From a virus: DNA of 14,858 nucleotides. The notes beneath the pieces were generated by a model. The model saw only the letters and a program-made list of their open reading frames with translations, was not told the origin of the DNA and searched no databases. Position numbers and translations under genes: made by a program. This document shows, one piece after another, positions 1 through 5,359 of the stretch (position 1 is the first letter of the stretch; each line of letters begins with the position of its first letter). Location of the stretch: IMG/VR virus record IMGVR_UViG_3300044492_000112, positions 1 through 14,858 of that record. The stretch is one strand, 5' to 3'.

Positions 1-127
1 GGCGGCGGCCGCCGCCCACGCCGCGAGCGTGACCGCGACGAGCGGCGAGATGTCGGCACCGGATCGGCGCCGCGACCATAGCCAGGCGTCGCCCCACGTA
101 CGGCGGGCGGCGACGAGCACGGCGTCG
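1..127. repeat. Left copy of the 127-bp terminal overlap (circular-contig closure)
   Basis: Base-for-base comparison with 14732..14858 shows 127/127 identity. Position 14731 (t) is the last unique base. Confidence 0.97.
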
Positions 128-1401
128 TCGAGCGCGGCCTGCGAACGATGCGTCAGTGTGCCGGTCAGCAGCCGGTCGACGAACAGACCGCACGCCCGGG
201 CGTGATCGGACGCGCCGACCGCGGTAATCGCGACGTGGCGGCGCTCGAGTTCGGCGATCACCGTCGACGCCGCGAGCGAGTCGGCGACGAGCTTGCAGCG
301 GTAGTGCGCGCGCAGTTGGCGGGCGGTGTCGGCGACCCAGCCGAGCCCGGGCCGGTGCTCGAGCACGTCGACGGCGAGCCGGGTCGGGTCGTCGGGGTGC
401 GGGCCGGCCGCCGCGATCGACGCCGATGAACGGTCGGCGGCGATGTCGAGCCCGAGCGCCAGCACCGGCGACGGCGCGACACCCGGCCGGCTGGCGGCAC
501 GCCAGGCGTCGAGATCGAGCCCGGCCTGCGCCAGCACCGTCGACGGGCGCGGCCACACGTTGAGGTAGGCACGTTCGAACGCGGCGTCGTCGGTGCGTCG
601 CGCCCATTCCTGCTCGAGCACCTCGAGCGGGAACGCGACACCGGCGGTCGGATGCGCCTCGAGCCAGATGCGCGGGTCGCCCGGGTCGTAGCCGGGCGCG
701 GTCGCGTCGGCGCCGAAGTCGAACAGGGCGACACCGGGCGCGCCCTGCTCGCCGGCGGTCAGCCAGCGATCGAGCCACGTCGACTCGATCGTGCCGCCGG
801 CCGACACGATCCATGTCTGGCGCCACGGCCGGGTGAGTTGCGCCGGCGTGATCCCAGACTCGATCCCTTCGCCCTCGTCGATCGTGGCCGCCCACGCCTC
901 GTCGACGAACGCGGCGTCGACGTTGGTCGAGTGCAACGCGGCGGGGGTCGGCGCGAACAGTTGCAGCCGCGACGAGCCGCGGCGCTTGTGAACACCTTCC
1001 GAGCCTTGCGACTTACGCAGCCGGTACAGCCGCGACATCGGCTCGAGCATCGGCGACCACTCATCGCGGAACACCTTCGCCGCGACCTCGCGGCCGTTCG
1101 CGCAGGTGTACCAACAGCGGGCGTCGGCGGTCACGTCCAGACGGTCGAGCCCGGCGGCGAGCACCAGTGTCGTCTTGCCGGCACGGCGCGGCACCGACAG
1201 CACGATCACCGGGTAACGGAACCCGTCGCCCTGGTCGTTCGCTTCGCCGGCGACGTCGGCGACGTCGAACTGCCAGGCGTACGGCACCGCCCGGCGCACG
1301 CGTGTCAGGTGCGCCAGCGTCGTCGGGCCGGTCGTGGGGCGATCAGGGTCGCGTGATGTCGCGAATCGCGGCCGCCAGGCGTGCGAGTTCCTCGTCGACA
1401 C
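1..1401 (-). CDS. terL: Terminase large subunit, 5' (major) part; the ORF leaves the window at position 1 and continues at 14731
   Basis: My translation of the minus frame whose codon tops are multiples of 3 gives: RYPVIVLSVPRRAGKTTLVLAAGLD (Walker A), NVDAAFVDEAW (Walker B), WIVSAGGT, FERAYLNVWP, and LALGLDIAADRS (nuclease-domain Asp). I found no stop down to position 1. The ORF is absent from the supplied track because it has no stop inside the left edge. The start is uncertain: GTG at 1401 overlaps the upstream gene by 59 nt, and GTG at 1299 is the alternative. Confidence 0.88.
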   Translation of the reverse strand, partial: MSTRNSHAWRPRFATSRDPDRPTTGPTTLAHLTRVRRAVPYAWQFDVADVAGEANDQGDGFRYPVIVLSVPRRAGKTTLVLAAGLDRLDVTADARCWYTCANGREVAAKVFRDEWSPMLEPMSRLYRLRKSQGSEGVHKRRGSSRLQLFAPTPAALHSTNVDAAFVDEAWAATIDEGEGIESGITPAQLTRPWRQTWIVSAGGTIESTWLDRWLTAGEQGAPGVALFDFGADATAPGYDPGDPRIWLEAHPTAGVAFPLEVLEQEWARRTDDAAFERAYLNVWPRPSTVLAQAGLDLDAWRAASRPGVAPSPVLALGLDIAADRSSASIAAAGPHPDDPTRLAVDVLEHRPGLGWVADTARQLRAHYRCKLVADSLAASTVIAELERRHVAITAVGASDHARACGLFVDRLLTGTLTHRSQAALDDAVLVAARRTWGDAWLWSRRRSGADISPLVAVTLAAWAAAAA

Positions 1402-1690
1402 CGAAGTCGCCCGCCGTGTCACGACGTTCGCCGCGCAGCTCGAGCATCACGGCCACCAGCCGAGCCGACAGCGCGCCCACCGTGTACCGCGACCCCTTCG
1501 GATCGGTGTGTTCGGCGTCGAGTGCGTCGGCGAGCGTGCGCCCGACCGCGATCAGCCCGTCGTCGACCGGTTCGATATGGCCGAGCGCACGCTGCGCGGC
1601 GAGCTGGCGGTCGTAACCGCGGCGAACGCGTGCCACCGCGACACCCCCCATCCCGGGCAGCGGCGGATCCGCCCGACGCGGCCGGGTCAC
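1343..1690 (-). CDS. Putative terminase small subunit (115 aa)
   Basis: Sits immediately upstream of TerL and downstream of an HNH gene, the usual HNH-TerS-TerL synteny of cos phages. GTG start at 1690. Size and helical composition fit. No diagnostic motif seen. Confidence 0.5.
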   Translation of the reverse strand: MTRPRRADPPLPGMGGVAVARVRRGYDRQLAAQRALGHIEPVDDGLIAVGRTLADALDAEHTDPKGSRYTVGALSARLVAVMLELRGERRDTAGDFGVDEELARLAAAIRDITRP

Positions 1691-1794
1691 AGTCGATCAC
1701 CGCCGAACACGATTACACGTCGCCGGGTTGGCCCGGTCGGGGAGAGAACGCGCGCATAGCGGCGGGGTACAACCTCGAGTCACGATCCAAGACG
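1691..1794. other. 104-bp non-coding gap upstream of the terminase genes; candidate cos/packaging-recognition or late-promoter region
   Basis: One of very few non-coding gaps. GC is lower than the surroundings. Contains a small hairpin CCGGG-ccaa-CCCGG on the minus strand. The call rests on position only. Confidence 0.2.
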
Positions 1795-2037
1795 TCAGAC
1801 ACCGAACCACTCGCGCGGTAGCCGTTGGCCGCTGTCGCCATCCCACGCGACGAGACAGCACGCGTCGGTCATCGCCATCACGAAATCGGCGTCAACGCCG
1901 GCGAGCTGCTCGGCGTCAGCACGCGACGACAGCCGGCGCTCGAGCACCAGCACACCGGACGGCACGTCATACACGCGCAGCACGACACCGCCCGGGCACA
2001 CACCCGGCGCCAGCCACGCCGGCCCGGGCCGGATCAC
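1795..2037 (-). CDS. Hypothetical protein (80 aa)
   Basis: GTG start at 2037 is fused to the upstream stop by a GTGA overlap. The amino-acid composition is not shadow-like. Confidence 0.6.
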   Translation of the reverse strand: MIRPGPAWLAPGVCPGGVVLRVYDVPSGVLVLERRLSSRADAEQLAGVDADFVMAMTDACCLVAWDGDSGQRLPREWFGV

Positions 2038-2144
2038 GACCAGCCCTCGCGGGACTGGTGCGGGTGACGGGCGACGTCGCGGACACCGACCGCCACGAAC
2101 GCGACGGCGAGCACCAGGGCGACGACGAGCGCGGCACGTATCAC
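2034..2144 (-). CDS. 36-aa single-pass membrane peptide (VIRAALVVALVLAVAFVAVGVRDVARHPHQSREGWS)
   Basis: Not in the ORF track because it is under 60 aa. GTG at 2144 overlaps the HNH stop (GTGA). Its TGA at 2034..2036 overlaps the GTG of the next gene (GTGA). It fills the gap between the two genes exactly and has a hydrophobic core. Confidence 0.45.
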   Translation of the reverse strand: MIRAALVVALVLAVAFVAVGVRDVARHPHQSREGWS

Positions 2145-2425
2145 CGGATCACGCCCGAGCCCGGGGCGAGTCGTCGCCGAGCAGCTCGCCGGCGTTGACG
2201 GTTACCGGCCGCCGCGCCGCGGCGCAGATTGCACGGCGCACACGACGGCACCAGTTGGCAGCACTCGCCGATCGCGGTGTGTCGGTGCTCGGCCAGCGGC
2301 GGGACATGGTCAGGTGACGTTGCCACGCCGGCGCAGCCCGGTAGCCGATGCGAGCAGGCAGTCTCGCCTCGAGCGAGCAGGGACCGGGCTGCGCGGTAGG
2401 CGGGTTCGTGGTACGGATTGGACAT
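2141..2425 (-). CDS. HNH endonuclease (94 aa)
   Basis: Motif CSHRLPGC...SPDHVPPLAEHRH...LVPSCAPCNLRRG gives a Cys pair, D-H, then C..CN. Its position just upstream of the terminase genes is typical of HK97-like cos phages. Confidence 0.8.
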   Translation of the reverse strand: MSNPYHEPAYRAARSLLARGETACSHRLPGCAGVATSPDHVPPLAEHRHTAIGECCQLVPSCAPCNLRRGAAAGNRQRRRAARRRLAPGSGVIR

Positions 2426-2505
2426 GACCGAAGTTCAGGGTTGGATCCTCGTTGTCGAAGTCGGGATCGTGGCGATCGTCGCGCTGCTCGGTCGCCTGCA
2501 CTGAT

Positions 2506-2763
2506 TCACCGACGTCGCCGGCGGTAGCCGCGGATATAGGCGTTCCACCGATCGTGCGCGATCGGGTCGGCGTGACGTCGCACACTGTCGGGGTGCCAGC
2601 GGCCACGCCCTGACGGCGTCGGGATCTGGCGGCCGTTGAGTGACCGCGTGATGGCGGCCGTCGTGTACCCCGCGGCCCATAGCCGCGAGATCTCGGCGCG
2701 GGTGTCGACGGGTGGCGGCAACGGGAGCAGCTCGAGCGGGATCCGCAGTTGCTCACCGATCAC
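2506..2763 (-). CDS. HTH DNA-binding protein, resolvase/recombinase-HTH-like (85 aa)
   Basis: AEISRLWAAGYTTAAITRSLNGRQIPTPSGRGRWHPDSV resembles the HTH plus recombinase-domain signature of serine recombinases. No catalytic domain is present. GTG start at 2763. Confidence 0.5.
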   Translation of the reverse strand: MIGEQLRIPLELLPLPPPVDTRAEISRLWAAGYTTAAITRSLNGRQIPTPSGRGRWHPDSVRRHADPIAHDRWNAYIRGYRRRRR

Positions 2764-2772
2764 ACCGTGACG

Positions 2773-3012
2773 CTAGTTCGACGTGCCCGGGAGATGGACG
2801 ACATGCGAGGTTTCGCGGCGCCCGGCCTCGAGCGCGGCGCGCATCTTGCGCGCCCGGTCGTGCACGGTCGCCTGACAATCGAGACACCGCCACTTGCTCG
2901 GCGGCGCTGGCTGGCCGCAGTCGAGACAGCGGCGCCGTTCGGCGGCCTCGAGTTGGTCGGGATCCATCAGAGAGCCCTGGCACTCGCACAACGGCACCAC
3001 GACGCGGCGCAT
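2773..3012 (-). CDS. Zinc-ribbon protein (79 aa from ATG 3012)
   Basis: CEC...RCLDCGQPAPPSKWRCLDCQ gives two CxxC pairs 11 residues apart. The track ORF extends to TTG 3093. By my count third-position GC falls to about 68% in 3013..3093, against about 85-90% downstream, so I prefer ATG 3012. Confidence 0.55.
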   Translation of the reverse strand: MRRVVVPLCECQGSLMDPDQLEAAERRRCLDCGQPAPPSKWRCLDCQATVHDRARKMRAALEAGRRETSHVVHLPGTSN

Positions 3013-3104
3013 ATCGAAAAGCGTACAGACGTTCGTCGCGCTGATATCGAGCAGTTCGCACCGATGCCGCCGCGCCTTATGTACCAGATACAAGACCTAT
3101 ACGC

Positions 3105-3203
3105 GTGTCGCTGGCGCGCGGGGTCGCGTGCGTCTGGCGCGCGGGGTCCGTGCGTCTGGCGCGCGGGGCGAACACCTGTACCCGTGTCGCTGGCGCGCGG
3201 GGT
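3105..3203. repeat. Iteron-like array: four 20-bp direct repeats, GTG(T/C)(C/G)(G/T)CTGGCGCGCGGGG(T/C)
   Basis: Copies lie at 3105..3124, 3128..3147, 3150..3169 and 3184..3203, with start spacing 23, 22 and 34 bp. The outer copies are identical (GTGTCGCTGGCGCGCGGGGT). The inner copies are GTGCGTCTGGCGCGCGGGG(T/C). The array fills the intergenic gap after the wHTH gene and abuts an AT-rich stretch at 3078..3103. Confidence 0.85.
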
Positions 3204-3220
3204 TGTGGACAAGTTCGCGC

Positions 3221-3607
3221 TCAGATTTGGGCAGCGATGGCGCATTCCGGGCAGCCACAGATCGACGGGTGGAGCTGTCCCTGACTGTCCCGTCGACTGC
3301 CGGGCGGGTCGCCGATCTGGGCCGGTACGGCGGCCAGCGTGGCGCCGAGCGGGAAGCGCACGACCGATGCCAGACCGGGCCGAAACGTCACGCTGATGTA
3401 GCCACGCTCGACGAGCCGGTGAACGTTGCGGCGCATGTTGGCATCGGTCAACTTGGCCGCCCGGCACAACCATCCGCCGGTGTAGGTGTAGTGGTCGTGG
3501 GCGTTGGCGCGGATCGAGAGCGCGAGCAGTACTGCCCGGGCGCCGTGCGGTAGGTCGGGGTCGTGCTCGAGCAGATCGAGCGCGTACTTGGCGGCGGCGA
3601 TACTCAT
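3221..3607 (-). CDS. Winged-helix DNA-binding protein (128 aa); candidate iteron-binding initiator or repressor
   Basis: LCRAAKLTDANMRRNVHRLVERGYISVTF looks like a wHTH recognition helix plus wing. C-terminal CGCPEC motif. Strong SD (AAAGGGGAG) lies before ATG 3607. ATGA overlap with the upstream ORF. The iterons start 18 bp downstream of its stop. Confidence 0.6.
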   Translation of the reverse strand: MSIAAAKYALDLLEHDPDLPHGARAVLLALSIRANAHDHYTYTGGWLCRAAKLTDANMRRNVHRLVERGYISVTFRPGLASVVRFPLGATLAAVPAQIGDPPGSRRDSQGQLHPSICGCPECAIAAQI

Positions 3608-3777
3608 TGCTCCCCTTTGACGTGGCGGGCCTCATGGCGCAGTTGGCGGTCGCGGGCACGCCTGACGCGGTCGTGTTCGGCTTCGAAGAACGCCCAGATG
3701 ACGACGAGCACGAACGCCAGGATGACGATCGCGATCACCAGTACTTGACCGGGTGAGAACGTCAGCGCGCCGTTCAC
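3604..3777 (-). CDS. 57-aa single-pass membrane protein (VNGALTFSPGQVLVIAIVILAFVLVVIWAFFEAEHDRVRRARDRQLRHEARHVKGEQ)
   Basis: GTG at 3777 overlaps the stop of the upstream 56-aa ORF (GTGA). Its own stop overlaps the next ATG (ATGA). The longer track ORF (3604..3939) has an Arg-rich, shadow-like N-terminus that I discard. Confidence 0.55.
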   Translation of the reverse strand: MNGALTFSPGQVLVIAIVILAFVLVVIWAFFEAEHDRVRRARDRQLRHEARHVKGEQ

Positions 3778-3944
3778 CGGCGGGCCTCGATCGACTCGCG
3801 GCGCACACCTGCCAGGTTCAGCCAATAGGCACGCTGGGCGAGATCGGCGGCGTACGCCTCGAGATCGGCGGGCGTCGTGTCGGGGTCCGACTCGAGCGCC
3901 TCGCGCCATCGGTCGATCTCGGCGAGCAGCTCTAGCCACGTCAT
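3774..3944 (-). CDS. 56-aa helical protein (MTWLELLAEIDRWREALESDPDTTPADLEAYAADLAQRAYWLNLAGVRRESIEARR)
   Basis: Not in the ORF track because it is under 60 aa. ATG 3944 overlaps the HTH gene stop (ATGA), and its TGA overlaps the next GTG (GTGA). High GC3 and a clean composition. Confidence 0.55.
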   Translation of the reverse strand: MTWLELLAEIDRWREALESDPDTTPADLEAYAADLAQRAYWLNLAGVRRESIEARR

Positions 3945-4222
3945 CCGATCAGCCCTTCGCGTGGGCTACTGCCGGCGCCACCGCGTGCGGGCTGACGTGC
4001 CTGTTCGTCAGACCATCTATTTCTGAGCCAGGCGTCAATCTCGGACGCGTACACGCGCCGTTGCGCCTTCGGGCCGGTGCCGAGCCGGTGCACCGGTAGC
4101 CCTTGCTGCGCGACGTACTTGTCGAACGTCTGCCGCGATACGCCCAGATACGCGGCCCCTTCCCGAGCCGTCATGGGGCCATCTTCTACCTGTCTGTCAA
4201 GTTTCACCTTTGTCGTTTGCAT
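3941..4222 (-). CDS. Excisionase-family (HTH_17/MerR-like) DNA-binding protein; Xis or Cro-like early regulator
   Basis: MTAREGAAYLGVSRQTFDKYVAQQGLPVHRLGTGPKAQRRVYASEIDAWL matches the excisionase-type HTH pattern. First gene of the long minus-strand operon and divergent from the recombinase. The start is ATG 4222 or ATG 4174; GC3 is low between them. Confidence 0.75.
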   Translation of the reverse strand: MQTTKVKLDRQVEDGPMTAREGAAYLGVSRQTFDKYVAQQGLPVHRLGTGPKAQRRVYASEIDAWLRNRWSDEQARQPARGGAGSSPREGLIG

Positions 4223-4257
4223 GGGTTGGCACTTTAGTAGGTTCAATGCTGCATCTG
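4223..4257. promoter_or_regulatory. Low-GC divergent control region between the HTH gene and the recombinase gene
   Basis: Back-to-back TAnnnT boxes: TAAAGT on the minus strand (4236..4231), 8 nt before ATG 4222, and TAGGTT on the plus strand (4238..4243) with TTTGCA (4216..4221) 16 bp upstream. Hexamers were read by eye only. If TAGGTT is real, the recombinase starts at ATG 4258. Confidence 0.3.
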
Positions 4258-5097
4258 ATGGCAATCGGCGGCGGGTATCTGGTCGACTTCCGGGCGTCCG
4301 AACGATGGCGCGGCCTGGCCGATACGACCGTCGACAAACGCGTGAACATCGTCAGGCGATGGGCGGCCTACGTCGGCGACCCGTTCGACCCGTCGCTGAC
4401 GTGGCGGGAAGTTGAGATGTTCATCGAGTGCTCGAGCATGCGCGCAGCGAAATCGCGGTACGCGGCGGCGTCACATCTGGCGCAGTTCTACCGATGGGCG
4501 CAACGCGCCGGGCTCGCCGGGCACGATCCGACCGCGTTGGTCGTGCGGCCACGCCTGCGCCCCGATCTGCCACGCCCGGCGAACGACACCGATCTCGCCC
4601 TCGCGCTGGCGGTCGCGGTCGGCCCGATGCGCGCCGCGATCGTGCTCGCCTCGAGCTGCGGTCTGCGGTGCGTCGAGCTGGCCCGGCTGCGGTGGCGCGA
4701 CGTCGGGCTCGACTCGATCCGCGTGCACGGCAAAGGCGATCGCCACCGCGTGCTCCCGATCTCGATCGACGTGCGCGACGCGCTCGACGAGCTGGACCGG
4801 GTCGACGACTACGTGTTGCCGTGGCGCGAGTCGTCCGACATCTCGCCCGGGCGGCGTGTCTCGCACGCGGTCAACGGGTTCTTTCGAGAGTTGGGCAGCG
4901 ACGTGACCGCGCACCAGTTGCGGCATTGGTGCGGCACCCGGGCCTACGCCGCGACCGGCGACCTGCGCGCGGTACAGGGATATCTGGGGCACGCGTCGCC
5001 GGCGACAACGGCGATCTACGCCGCGCTCGATCCCGAGCGCCTGCGCGCGGTGGCGAATGCGATCGTGCTCCCGATCGGCCAGCCCGTCGCCGCGTAG
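4246..5097 (+). CDS. int: Tyrosine recombinase/integrase, compact XerC/D-like (about 280 aa)
   Basis: GLRCVELARLRWRDV (Arg I), HQLRHW (H-x-x-R) and GHASPATTAIYAAL (catalytic Tyr). A core-binding SAM-like N-domain is present, with no obvious arm-binding domain. Alternative starts are TTG 4210 (low GC3) and ATG 4258. Confidence 0.9.
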   Translation: MLHLMAIGGGYLVDFRASERWRGLADTTVDKRVNIVRRWAAYVGDPFDPSLTWREVEMFIECSSMRAAKSRYAAASHLAQFYRWAQRAGLAGHDPTALVVRPRLRPDLPRPANDTDLALALAVAVGPMRAAIVLASSCGLRCVELARLRWRDVGLDSIRVHGKGDRHRVLPISIDVRDALDELDRVDDYVLPWRESSDISPGRRVSHAVNGFFRELGSDVTAHQLRHWCGTRAYAATGDLRAVQGYLGHASPATTAIYAALDPERLRAVANAIVLPIGQPVAA

Positions 5098-5212
5098 GTA
5101 ACAAACCTGTAGCGGCGCTACACGATTGTTGCCATTCAGGGGTTGGCTAGAAATTGTTGCTTCTAGCCCGCCCGGGTGAGCCGCCGCGATGACAGCGTGA
5201 TCGGGGTCGCGG
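5098..5212. other. Low-GC convergent intergenic region; candidate attP or recombinase target
   Basis: Lies adjacent to the 3' end of int. Contains a 13-bp perfect palindrome GTAGCG-g-CGCTAC (5109..5121), two ATTGTTGC direct repeats (5125..5132 and 5153..5160) and a hairpin (5145..5168). Confidence 0.3.
5145..5168. terminator. Hairpin GGCTAGAA-attgttgc-TTCTAGCC between convergent genes; possible bidirectional terminator
   Basis: Perfect 8-bp stem with an 8-nt loop, lying between the int stop (5097) and the holin-like gene stop (5213). No U-tract on either side. Confidence 0.35.
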
Positions 5213-5359
5213 TCACTGATCGCGGTCGCGCCATTTTCGGCGCGGGTCGAACGTGTTCAACACGGCACGCATGACGCGGATCGCGGCGAACGTGCCGAGC
5301 GTGGCGCCCAGCATGAACGCGCCGGCGACGGTCAGGTTCGCCCATTCGGTCGCGGTCAC
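5213..5359 (-). CDS. 48-aa holin-like membrane protein (MTATEWANLTVAGAFMLGATLGTFAAIRVMRAVLNTFDPRRKWRDRDQ, GTG start)
   Basis: Not in the ORF track because it is under 60 aa. GTG 5359 overlaps the endolysin stop (GTGA). One hydrophobic helix followed by a basic tail. Last gene of the operon, directly after the lysin. Confidence 0.55.
   Translation of the reverse strand: MTATEWANLTVAGAFMLGATLGTFAAIRVMRAVLNTFDPRRKWRDRDQ

Noticed and set aside
1-127. 127-bp end repeat as a genuine direct terminal repeat, LTR or att duplication
   Set aside because: The repeat lies inside the TerL coding sequence, and joining the ends restores a single in-frame ORF. An exact length of 127 matches an assembler k-mer overlap. 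It could still be tested with read-start analysis.
652-1356. 234-aa plus-strand ORF; also minus-strand 258..734 and 759..1064
   Set aside because: These are Arg/Pro/Gly-rich shadow ORFs lying entirely inside the TerL reading frame, which carries clear Walker A/B and nuclease motifs. This is typical of off-frame ORFs in roughly 70% GC DNA.
2426-2505. 24-aa GTGA-coupled ORF (VNQCRRPSSATIATIPTSTTRIQP) in the gap between the 85-aa HTH gene and the HNH gene
   Set aside because: It is too short and its composition is unconvincing. Nothing distinguishes it from chance, so the stretch is left as non-coding.
3013-3093. TTG-initiated 27-aa N-terminal extension of the zinc-ribbon ORF
   Set aside because: Third-position GC drops markedly here by my count. 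The stretch is part of the AT-rich region flanking the iterons. It was kept only as an alternative start.
3105-3203. Direct repeats as a small CRISPR array
   Set aside because: The sequences between repeats are only 2-14 bp. The repeats are degenerate in an A-B-B-A pattern. There are no cas genes. The architecture fits iterons or operators instead.
4195-4200. Perfect TTGACA (minus strand) upstream of ATG 4174 as a -35 box
   Set aside because: No TAnnnT element lies at a 16-19 bp spacing before ATG 4174. If the HTH gene starts at ATG 4222, the hexamer lies inside the coding sequence.
5098-5212. tRNA gene or tRNA 3'-end fragment as an integration target signature
   Set aside because: I found no T-loop-like GGTTCGAATCC-type motif or acceptor-stem complementarity here or elsewhere in the window.
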